NCBI GenBank assembly: GCA_034660975.1
Contig: JAYEKJ010000019.1
Location: 1-43,785 of the forward strand
Direction of reading: 5' to 3'
DNA length: 43,785 bases
From: Campylobacterota bacterium
GTDB taxonomy: Bacteria > Campylobacterota > Campylobacteria > Campylobacterales > Sulfurimonadaceae
The notes beneath the pieces are model-generated. The model was given only the letters and a program-made list of their open reading frames with translations. It was not told the DNA's origin and ran no database searches. Below are positions 1-8,305 of this stretch, piece by piece. Position 1 is the first letter of the stretch. Each line of letters opens with the position of its first letter. The translations under genes were made by a program, and so were the position numbers.

Positions 1-29
1 TCTCTTATTATTGCAAGGATTAAAACAGA

Positions 30-97
30 CCTCCATACCCTCCATACTATCCACATCCCCACAATATAGGGGTGTGTATAGGGGTTGCTACTATCCA
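30..97. repeat. Iteron-like short repeat cluster, candidate replication origin of the element
   Basis: CCTCCATAC x2 in tandem (30-47), TATAGGGGT x2 (65-73, 77-85), TACTATCCA x2 (45-53, 89-97), directly downstream of the helicase stop codon. Confidence 0.55.
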
Positions 98-1705
98 TTA
101 AGCAACATTATCCTCCATAAAATCCATTTGATTAGATACTTTATTATCTAAATCCCAAGTATCATGCTCAAGTTCTATCTTAACCGCAGTCGCATTAGTA
201 AATATTTTAGCAGATTCTTCTATCGTTAAAAACTGTGTATAGTTACCATCAGATTGCTTTTTCATAGTACACCCAAGTAGCTCACCCATTTTTTTATGAA
301 ATACCGATTGAGATTCCAAAACAGCACCCTTAAAGTTAAACTTAAAACTCTCATATAGTTCTTTTCTTTTAACTCTCATTCTCTCGTTTGTATAACAATA
401 AGCATAGTTCTCATTATATGTATTTGCTTTATGTAGATTCCCAAAATAACCATTACGAAGCCCATCAGCACAAAACCTCTCTATACCATCAAGTGAATAT
501 GCTAGTTGTTCTGCTAGTCCTTTTGTCTCAGGTGCTTTGTTTATAGAGAAATTAGATATATCTCTATTTAACATCTCATACATCAAGTTTTCTTTACCAC
601 CATTATAGTACCACTCATGTAACTCTTTGAAAAAATTATCACCTAGCTCTTGTGGTTTTTCAGCAGGAAAAGAGATAACACAATATCTTCTTTCATCCTT
701 ACCACTCGCAGGAACCACCCAATCAGCGTTAGTTGTCATTATAATTCTTGAATAGTTATCCATCATCTCTTGATCTACAAACTTTTTCTCAACTGCTCTA
801 CTTCTTTCTGTTATCATATCTTTTAGTATAGAATCGTAGTTGTTGCTACCATCCCAAACCAATTCTTGCATAACAGATAGTAGGTTTTGTTGTAGGTGTG
901 AGTTAAACTTACCAAAAAACTGCTCTTTTTGTGAACTGCGATAATAATTTTCGTTTCTTAAAAGCTCCTTACCTAACATCTCCTCAACTGTATTTTTACC
1001 TACTCCCTTTGTACCTTTGAAGATGAGAGCATAGCGAGGTTTCTCTTGTGGCTTTTGAAACAGATGAGCGAAATAATCTAAAATAATTTCACCCTCCTCT
1101 TTTCCAACAGCAAGTTCTAGCAAGTTTAGGAATGGTGCTATATCCCCTTTTACTGGGCTTACTGGAAATCCTTTAAACAGATTGTATTTTTGAGTTGTAT
1201 CTTCTAATGGTTTAAAACATAAACCGTGCCATCTCTTCATAGAACCACCAAACTCTTTTAAATCATCAGTTACAAGTGATTTATCTACATATTTTTCATA
1301 ACCATTAAGTGCTAAATCAACTACATTTATAGGTACTTGAGTAGGTATATTATCTTTTAATATCGTTAGAAAAACAGGCTTATCTGCCCATTCATCCTTT
1401 GCTCCTGCTTTTGCAAGAGTTGCTAGTTCTAAAACTCTATCATCATTTTCAAAACTTTTACAAAACAAAGCTCCCTTTGAGTTTGAGAGCAGGACATTTG
1501 ATTTTTTAAATGCAATATAATTTCTTAGATTTAACTTTGAGTTGTACTCTAATTCCTTGCTGATTGTAGCGTTATTTGCTATAATGGCGGTAGAAATGTT
1601 CTTCTCAGTTCTTTCTACTTCGTTAGATTCTGTAGTTGCTGATACAACTATAGAATCACCTCTCTGTTCATTCTCATTTTTATGAATTTTTACCATATCT
1701 AGCAT
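98..1705 (-). CDS. SF3 (D5/NrS-1-like, DUF5906-type) replication helicase / primase-helicase family protein
   Basis: Walker A GTKGVGKNT, Walker B-like VMQE, sensor IIMTTN, DERRY motif; GGAGG RBS inside the upstream gene. Confidence 0.8.
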   Translation of the reverse strand: MLDMVKIHKNENEQRGDSIVVSATTESNEVERTEKNISTAIIANNATISKELEYNSKLNLRNYIAFKKSNVLLSNSKGALFCKSFENDDRVLELATLAKAGAKDEWADKPVFLTILKDNIPTQVPINVVDLALNGYEKYVDKSLVTDDLKEFGGSMKRWHGLCFKPLEDTTQKYNLFKGFPVSPVKGDIAPFLNLLELAVGKEEGEIILDYFAHLFQKPQEKPRYALIFKGTKGVGKNTVEEMLGKELLRNENYYRSSQKEQFFGKFNSHLQQNLLSVMQELVWDGSNNYDSILKDMITERSRAVEKKFVDQEMMDNYSRIIMTTNADWVVPASGKDERRYCVISFPAEKPQELGDNFFKELHEWYYNGGKENLMYEMLNRDISNFSINKAPETKGLAEQLAYSLDGIERFCADGLRNGYFGNLHKANTYNENYAYCYTNERMRVKRKELYESFKFNFKGAVLESQSVFHKKMGELLGCTMKKQSDGNYTQFLTIEESAKIFTNATAVKIELEHDTWDLDNKVSNQMDFMEDNVA

Positions 1706-1893
1706 ACTCTCGCCTCCTCCAACCAGTTATTTATCGCTGTTCTACTATATCTGATATAGTTCCCTATTTTTGAGTATGGGATTTTACTCTCCATTCTCAA
1801 CCTTGCCTGACGGCTTCTGCTGAAAGAATATTCCAGCTCCAATTGTTTTGGCGTTAGCCAAGTGTTTTGTTCTAAATATGTATTTGTACTCAT
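1699..1893 (-). CDS. AlpA/excisionase-like helix-turn-helix protein
   Basis: 64 aa with WLTPKQL...IPYSKIGNYIRYSRTAINNWLE, a typical Xis/HTH_17 pattern; overlaps the helicase start. Confidence 0.8.
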   Translation of the reverse strand: MSTNTYLEQNTWLTPKQLELEYSFSRSRQARLRMESKIPYSKIGNYIRYSRTAINNWLEEARVC

Positions 1894-2071
1894 CTTAGAG
1901 TCCTTATTTTAATTTAGAAATCGACTTCTATTACTAAGAAGAAGAGTTGTTTGAGCTCGTCTCTTTTTCTTGTGCTGTAATTATTATAAAAATGGAGATT
2001 TATTGTTAGGAGTTACGGCATAAAAAAATAAGCTATAACTTTTTGTATATTGTTAGAGGGCTTAATAAACC

Positions 2072-3361
2072 TTAATCTTGATACCAATAAAATGTATCAG
2101 TATCTAATCCCAATCGACTAATGACTGAGTTTTTCCCATCTTGAGAGTCTAAAAATTTGCTATTAATAAAATCGTATCGCCTTAATTGTTTTTTAAAATG
2201 TTCTTCCTTGATTGAAAACTTATCCATATCATCTAAACTTACATCGTTAGTTTTTGGCTTTTTTTCAAATATTTTTATATTGTGCTTTTTACAAAGTTCA
2301 AGATAATCCTCTTCAAGAATTTCGCCCTCATTGCCGTTAAGTAAACTTTCATCGAACAAATGAGATTGCAATGTATATTTATCTTTTTCATAAAAAAGTT
2401 CCTCAGTTTCATTAACCTTAGGAATTTTACATCTAATACTTAATTCATTGTAAAAAGCTGTTTTCTGTGCATTACTTAACAAAAGCCTACTCAGTAAATA
2501 ATCAATTTCATGGTATAAGACTGAAATATTTTTAAAGGGAAAATACTCGGAAATACTAAGATCAAAAACCTCATTCCCTTTCTTTCTTAGTTTATTATAG
2601 GCTGTTACTTTCTCATTATAGTTACTAGTAGTCATACCTTTTTCTTTTAGTTTCTCTATAGTATAAGCAATATATTTTATCTCTTGGAGTACATCTTTTG
2701 TAATTAAATCATCTGTCTTATCTGCACCTTTTTTTTCCGTTATAGATAAAATATCATTCATATACTTAACATTTTCATCTGTGACGAAATGGGTGATTTT
2801 ACTAAAGTCAGAAACAAAGCATTCATTATCTAGTGATTCCACATACTCTTTTGACTCAAAATATGGATGAAATAAAACTGAATCATTTTCGTAAAATAGA
2901 GACTGATGCACCCCTAAATCAAATATCGCAATAAAACCAATATAGTCAAAAGCTTTTAATATCTTTTTTGCTTCTACAGTTATGTGATCTTCTAGGTTTT
3001 TTCTATACACTTTCATGACATATTGAGAGATAACTTTTTCATCTATCTCTTCTTTATCAATTTCTAAATTATCTAGAATTTCTTCAATAGATTTATGCGT
3101 ATCTTGATACATTTTTTCAAAAGGGAAGGAATCATTTATTGTCTTATTTGTATCTTTATTAATTCCTAGCTCATCTAAAGTTTTTTCAAATGATTTATAT
3201 CCAGCTAGATTGAGGCTTCTAGGATAGAATTTATCATTCGCATTTGTATTTATTATAAAGTTCATAACTATTGAGAGGAGATCTTTGTAACTAGTAGATG
3301 ATGTCAATCTTTCCATATCATGTAAAATATCTTTATAATTACTGTAAATAATATGTCTCAT
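2072..3361 (-). CDS. Hypothetical protein (element cargo)
   Basis: 429-aa open frame between integrase and AlpA/Xis; no motif recognised. Confidence 0.7.
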   Translation of the reverse strand: MRHIIYSNYKDILHDMERLTSSTSYKDLLSIVMNFIINTNANDKFYPRSLNLAGYKSFEKTLDELGINKDTNKTINDSFPFEKMYQDTHKSIEEILDNLEIDKEEIDEKVISQYVMKVYRKNLEDHITVEAKKILKAFDYIGFIAIFDLGVHQSLFYENDSVLFHPYFESKEYVESLDNECFVSDFSKITHFVTDENVKYMNDILSITEKKGADKTDDLITKDVLQEIKYIAYTIEKLKEKGMTTSNYNEKVTAYNKLRKKGNEVFDLSISEYFPFKNISVLYHEIDYLLSRLLLSNAQKTAFYNELSIRCKIPKVNETEELFYEKDKYTLQSHLFDESLLNGNEGEILEEDYLELCKKHNIKIFEKKPKTNDVSLDDMDKFSIKEEHFKKQLRRYDFINSKFLDSQDGKNSVISRLGLDTDTFYWYQD

Positions 3362-3441
3362 AGTTTATCTATCCTGTTTATTTTTCACTATACTACTAAT
3401 TACTTTATTAGTCTCAACTGAAGCTTTGGTATGATTGATTA

Positions 3442-4533
3442 TTAAAATTCTAATAATCTTTTACTAACATCAAGAGTATGAGCCGAAGAGCTTTCTCTTT
3501 GTAGTGATAGATACTGCTTAACTGTTGCTGTGTCTGTATGCCCTAGCATAGCACTCAAATGAATAGCCTCAACTCCCATAGAAGACAAAGCCGATACAGA
3601 TAGGTTTCTCATCCAGTGAAAGTTAAACTCTGGAACTGTGATAGCTCTAATCTTCTCTACATGGTCTCGTATCTCTGAGATTGGTCTTGATGGGTCTCTA
3701 TCACTTGCAAAGATATACTCGCTAAAATGCTCACATTTTAAAAGGGCTTCTTTTACATCGGCAGGTAGCTTAAAGGTCATATCTGTATTTACTTTGCTAT
3801 TGCTTCCTATAATAGTGTAAGCATCATTTGTAAAATCTATATTATCCCATTTTATATGAAGTGCTTCCGTTTTTCTTCTGCCATAGAATCCAAATAAAAA
3901 TAAGGCTCGTATCTTGTGGTTATCTGCAAATACTTTATTTATAGCCTTATAAACATCTCTATACTTAGATTCTGCACTCGTGATAATCTTCTTCTCTTCT
4001 AGCTGTTTTCTTTTTATCTTGTGAATCTGTTTAATAGGTGTAAATTGTATAAGCTCCTCATCTATCGCAAGTTTAAATATAGGTACAAGTATCGCTGTGC
4101 TTTTTTGTCTTGTAGCGTTTGCTAGATGTTTTGTGAGAGCTGTGATAGTAGATATATGTATAGGGGTAACATCTATTATCTTCATCTTGCCGATAGTGGG
4201 CTTAATGTATCTATTGTAATGATTCTCGTATGTTCTCTGTGTGTCACTATTTCGCTCAGTCATCACTTGCAATCTATCAAAATAATCATCAACAGTTGAT
4301 TCTAAGTCAGCACCTAAGTTCTCCACTCGATTCTTAACCCCTTTTAGCTCCTCTAGCTTCATATAAGCCATCTTTAACTTATCAGCTTTAGTATGTGTAG
4401 GATTGGCTTTAAACACCTTCCTAGTAGCCCTTCCATTAAGTCTAAAGTTAAATAGAAACTTGTTTTTATCTGTATTGTGAACAAGCAAACCTTTGTGTTT
4501 TGTAGTAGTATAATCTGCTAATGATATAGCCAT
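3442..4533 (-). CDS. Tyrosine recombinase / integrase (likely start ATG 4533; ORF track extends to 4569)
   Basis: Catalytic set intact: YGRRKTE (R), HWMR (HxxR), LGH, KQY (Y); N-terminal arm-binding-like region FNFRLNGRATRK. Confidence 0.93.
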   Translation of the reverse strand: MAISLADYTTTKHKGLLVHNTDKNKFLFNFRLNGRATRKVFKANPTHTKADKLKMAYMKLEELKGVKNRVENLGADLESTVDDYFDRLQVMTERNSDTQRTYENHYNRYIKPTIGKMKIIDVTPIHISTITALTKHLANATRQKSTAILVPIFKLAIDEELIQFTPIKQIHKIKRKQLEEKKIITSAESKYRDVYKAINKVFADNHKIRALFLFGFYGRRKTEALHIKWDNIDFTNDAYTIIGSNSKVNTDMTFKLPADVKEALLKCEHFSEYIFASDRDPSRPISEIRDHVEKIRAITVPEFNFHWMRNLSVSALSSMGVEAIHLSAMLGHTDTATVKQYLSLQRESSSAHTLDVSKRLLEF

Positions 4534-4534
4534 T

Positions 4535-4580
4535 GGGTCACACCTTTTGTATTGTCTCCGTGGGGTCATCTAATGGGTCA
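4535..4580 (+). repeat. Three GGGTCA direct repeats, candidate integrase arm-type sites
   Basis: GGGTCA at 4535-4540, 4563-4568 and 4575-4580, between the integrase start and the att core. Confidence 0.45.
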
Positions 4581-4686
4581 CTCTTACTCTAACATTAGAT
4601 AGCATCCAAAGATATTGATAGATTAACAGATTGTAGTAATATAGGGCTTAGATAGAGATAAATTCTTTAAGATACACAATCAACTA

Positions 4687-4712
4687 GAGTTCAATTCTCC
4701 TCGGGGTCACCA
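4687..4712 (+). repeat. att site: duplicated 3' end of a tRNA (T-loop to CCA), probably tRNA-Glu
   Basis: GAGTTCAATTCTCCTCGGGGTCACCA = T-loop, 3' T-stem, 3' acceptor strand and CCA; no 5' half upstream; resembles bacterial tRNA-Glu 3' ends. Confidence 0.8.
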
Positions 4713-4782
4713 TTTAAAATAATTAATCCCCTGCTTCTTTAAATAACAACCACATAGTAAAAGTAATTTATTAGTAAAATTT

Positions 4783-4791
4783 TGATAGAAT
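4783..4791 (+). promoter_or_regulatory. Extended -10 promoter element upstream of gltX
   Basis: TGATAGAAT (TGn-TAnnnT) 27 bp before the ATG. Confidence 0.5.
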
Positions 4792-4818
4792 CGAGTCAAA
4801 TAATTTTTAGGAATTTAT

Positions 4819-6117
4819 ATGTTAAGATTTGCACTTAGCCCTACTGGGGACATGCACATAGGAAATCTTCGAGTTGCTTTATTCAATTATATTATCTCAA
4901 AACAAAGAGATGAAGACTTAATTGTTAGAATCGAAGATACAGATAAAGAAAAAAATATAGATGGAAAAGATAAAGAGATATTAGATTTATTGTCTGTTTT
5001 CTCAATTGAATATTCCCAAGTAATATATCAGAGTGAAAATATTCGTTTTCATACTGCAATGGCTTTGCAACTTATACATGATAAAAAAGCTTTTAGTTGT
5101 TTTTGTTCTAATGATTGGCTTGATAAAAAAAGAGATGAATCAAAAGAGAATAAAAAAGCATATAGATATGATGATGCTTGTAGAAATCTTCCAGATGAGC
5201 TTGTAATTGATAACAACAACCCTTTTACAATTAGAATTAATAGGCCAAATGAAGTGCTTATTATTAAAGATTTAATTAAAGGTGAGATTAAATTTGAATC
5301 TGATATTGTTGATAGTTTCATTATAATGGGACAAGATAAAACGCCTACTTATAATTTTGCATGTGCAGTTGATGATATGCTAAGTGATATATCTTTAGTT
5401 ATTCGTGATGAAGATCATATGAGCAATACACCAAAGCAAGATCATATTCGTAACTCATTAAATTATGATAAAAAAATACAATATGCACATTTACCTATTA
5501 TTTTAAACAATAATGGTAAAATAATGGGTAAAACAGATGATGCTTCTAGTGTAAAATGGCTTCTTGAGGAGGGATATTTACCATCTGCAATAGCAAATTA
5601 TTTAATTTTAATTGGGAACAAACCTCCCCAAGAGATTTTCAATATGCAAGATGCAATTGAATGGTTTAATTTAGAAGATATCTCTAAGTCCCCTGCTCGT
5701 TTTGATATTAATATGTTAAGAGATATCAACAAAGAACACCTTATAAATCTTGATTCCAAAGAGTTATCTAGATATGTTGGTTTTGCGGATGTTGAAATTG
5801 GTGAACTTGCAAAAATATATCTTGAAGAGGTATCTACAACAAAAGAACTTAGAGGTAAAATAGAACCTATTTTTGAAATAAAAGAGATACCTAAATTATT
5901 TCAAAAACAAGTAAAATGTATGATAGAAACAATTAAAAAAGCACCCTACTTTGAAGAATATAGTGATTTTGAGAATTATATAACTCAAGAAACAGGATTG
6001 AGAGATGAAAATCTATTTAAACCTCTTCGTATTGTATTGACTGGTGCTGAACATGGACCAGACTTATCAGAGATATATAAATATTTAAAAAACTATATTG
6101 GTGAAATTGTAAAATGA
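4819..6117 (+). CDS. gltX: Glutamate--tRNA ligase family protein, GluRS2-type paralogue
   Basis: [18 protein letters not shown] (HIGH region), [17 protein letters not shown]; N-terminus and linkage to yggT match Campylobacterota GluRS2. Confidence 0.9.
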   Translation: MLRFALSPTGDMHIGNLRVALFNYIISKQRDEDLIVRIEDTDKEKNIDGKDKEILDLLSVFSIEYSQVIYQSENIRFHTAMALQLIHDKKAFSCFCSNDWLDKKRDESKENKKAYRYDDACRNLPDELVIDNNNPFTIRINRPNEVLIIKDLIKGEIKFESDIVDSFIIMGQDKTPTYNFACAVDDMLSDISLVIRDEDHMSNTPKQDHIRNSLNYDKKIQYAHLPIILNNNGKIMGKTDDASSVKWLLEEGYLPSAIANYLILIGNKPPQEIFNMQDAIEWFNLEDISKSPARFDINMLRDINKEHLINLDSKELSRYVGFADVEIGELAKIYLEEVSTTKELRGKIEPIFEIKEIPKLFQKQVKCMIETIKKAPYFEEYSDFENYITQETGLRDENLFKPLRIVLTGAEHGPDLSEIYKYLKNYIGEIVK

Positions 6118-6398
6118 GTTTATTAATAGATATAGTTCAAGGATTAGGTGGAATTTTTTTAAGTTTAATTGGGATATATATTTGGATTATAATAATAGCT
6201 GCTCTATTAAGCTTTGTAAACCCTGACCCGTACAATCCTGTTGTTCAGTTTTTACATAGAATCACACAGCCAGCCTACTCTCTGGTAAGAAAATATATTA
6301 AAACAGATTTTAATGGTTTGGATTTAGCACCATTAATAATTATAATATTTCTTCAAGTGTTAACTGTAATAATTACAACACTTTTAAAATCTTTATAA
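6114..6398 (+). CDS. yggT: YggT family membrane protein
   Basis: [21 protein letters not shown] and LDLAP motifs; ATGA overlap with gltX. Confidence 0.92.
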   Translation: MSLLIDIVQGLGGIFLSLIGIYIWIIIIAALLSFVNPDPYNPVVQFLHRITQPAYSLVRKYIKTDFNGLDLAPLIIIIFLQVLTVIITTLLKSL

Positions 6399-6733
6399 AA
6401 TGAAAAAGAGAAGTTTTATAACTTTTCTTTTTTATAAATTACAAGTAAATCTTTATATAAAAGTTTTCATCCTGAATTTCACTAACATATATTATAGTAA
6501 TACACCTTCTTATTTTTTAATTTCTATACTTTTTACTAGAACATAGTCAACTATTGTTTTTGGCTTATACTAAATTGTGTAAAGGTATTTTTGCGGAACA
6601 AACATTATTATCAATAGTGAGAAAATATATTTCATTATAATTCCTATAAATAGTTAAAAGAATTATATCTTATTAATATGCTTTTTAATGAGTATTTTGT
6701 ATAATCTACTAAATTTTAATACAGAGATATATT

Positions 6734-7237
6734 TTGAATAAAAGACTGGCAGTTGCTTTTACTGGACCATCAAATAGTGGCAAAACTACTATTATATTGA
6801 AGGTAGCTAGAAAACTAATTAATGAGCATAAAAAGAGGGTTGCAATTATCAAACATGATCCTGGTGATAAAGCTAGGTTCGATGTTGCAGGGAAAGATAG
6901 TTACAAGTTCTCAGATACAGGAGCAGAAGTTATTGTTACATCTCCAAATAGAACAACTTATTTTTCTAAAAAAAATAAAGATTTAGATGAGATGATTAGA
7001 CTTTTTGATAAATTTGATATTTTACTTGTAGAGGGCTTGAAAAATCTACCCCTGCCCCGTATAAGTGTTTTTAGGAACTCTTTAGATAGTGATTATTTCC
7101 CATATATGGATGCATTAGCAATTGATGACACTATTAATATGAGTGATTACAGTGTATCGAATGATGTAGAAATATTAGATTTAAACAACCCCAATGAAAT
7201 TATTTCATGGATATTAAAAAATGCTAAGGAAGTATAG
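6734..7237 (+). CDS. mobB: Molybdopterin-guanine dinucleotide biosynthesis protein B
   Basis: P-loop GPSNSGKTT, IKHD, GKDS, LVEG motifs. Confidence 0.9.
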   Translation: MNKRLAVAFTGPSNSGKTTIILKVARKLINEHKKRVAIIKHDPGDKARFDVAGKDSYKFSDTGAEVIVTSPNRTTYFSKKNKDLDEMIRLFDKFDILLVEGLKNLPLPRISVFRNSLDSDYFPYMDALAIDDTINMSDYSVSNDVEILDLNNPNEIISWILKNAKEV

Positions 7238-8080
7238 ATGAGAGATATATTTGATGCAATTCAAAGAAGTGCAATAAGAATTAAAACGGCTATAGATGTT
7301 AAAGATATAGGGTATTCACAACAAGAAAATAGTTCTGGAGAGACACAGCTTCAGTTAGATATTCAGTGTGATATGATTATTGAAGAGGAGTTTTCAAGTG
7401 TTCTTTCTGTTAATACAATTGCAAGTGAAGAGAAGGAGCATGAAGAGGTATTTCGTAAAGATTCTAAATATTTTATAGCTTATGATCCACTAGATGGTTC
7501 ATCTTTGGTTGATGTAAATCTTAGCGTTGGTTCTATATTTGGAATCTATGAAAATGGTTTTGGAGCTGAAAATATGGTAGCATCATGTTACATAGTTTAT
7601 GGCCCAAGAGTTGAGATGGTTTTTGCAGAGAATAAAACAAAACTTTATCTTCTTCAGGCTGATGAGTTTGAATTTGTTAAAGAGATTCGTTTAAATGAAA
7701 AAGGGAAATTAAATGCTCCTGGAGGAACACAACAAAACTGGGAACCTTACCATAAAGAGATGGTAGATAGTTTTTTTGCTGAGGGTTATCGTTTGAGATA
7801 CTCCGGTGGAATGGTTCCTGATCTACACCAGATTCTATTAAAAGGTGGAGGACTGTTTTCTTACCCAAAAACTTCTGACAAACCAGAGGGTAAACTTCGC
7901 AAATTATTTGAAGTTTTTCCTTTTGCATTTATCTATCAAAAATCTGGTGGTGATGCTATAGATGGCAAAAATGATTTAATGAGTCTTCCATTTGCACATA
8001 TTCACGATACTGCTCCATGTTTTTTTGGTTCTAAGTATGAGATAGCTAGAGTAAAAGAAGTTTATGCAACAAACTGTTAA
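7238..8080 (+). CDS. fbp: Class 1 fructose-1,6-bisphosphatase
   Basis: [19 protein letters not shown], GKLRxLFE motifs. Confidence 0.95.
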   Translation: MRDIFDAIQRSAIRIKTAIDVKDIGYSQQENSSGETQLQLDIQCDMIIEEEFSSVLSVNTIASEEKEHEEVFRKDSKYFIAYDPLDGSSLVDVNLSVGSIFGIYENGFGAENMVASCYIVYGPRVEMVFAENKTKLYLLQADEFEFVKEIRLNEKGKLNAPGGTQQNWEPYHKEMVDSFFAEGYRLRYSGGMVPDLHQILLKGGGLFSYPKTSDKPEGKLRKLFEVFPFAFIYQKSGGDAIDGKNDLMSLPFAHIHDTAPCFFGSKYEIARVKEVYATNC

Positions 8081-8270
8081 TAAAGAGTTAGATAAGTTTG
8101 AGAGACATCTTGATGAGATGATTCTTAAATTACAAAAATGTCAGCAAGATAAAAATTTAAAAAGTTGTAGCTTATGCGAACAATATTTAGAATGTGAACT
8201 TAGAACTGACTATATTAAATCCGTTTATAACAGTATGTCAAAAGGCGAAACTGGTGGATTCGAGTTTTAA
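8064..8270 (+). CDS. Small Cys-rich hypothetical protein
   Basis: 68 aa, CQ...SCSLC...C and C-terminal GGFEF; sits between fbp and metG, as I recall for Campylobacter. Confidence 0.75.
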   Translation: MQQTVNKELDKFERHLDEMILKLQKCQQDKNLKSCSLCEQYLECELRTDYIKSVYNSMSKGETGGFEF

Positions 8271-8305
8271 TACAATTTATGAAAAAAATTAAGGAATAAT
8301 TTTTA

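Larger units (their letters stand above)
1..4712. mobile_element. Right part of a tRNA-integrated phage-satellite (PICI/P4-like) or integrative element; left end lies outside the window
   Basis: Co-oriented integrase, unknown gene, AlpA/Xis HTH and SF3 helicase, bounded by a tRNA 3'-end fragment at 4687-4712; housekeeping genes resume immediately afterwards. Confidence 0.85.

Noticed and set aside
4640-4712. A complete tRNA gene before gltX
   Set aside because: Only the T-loop-to-CCA part is present; no matching 5' acceptor strand, D-arm or anticodon arm upstream, so it is an att duplicate
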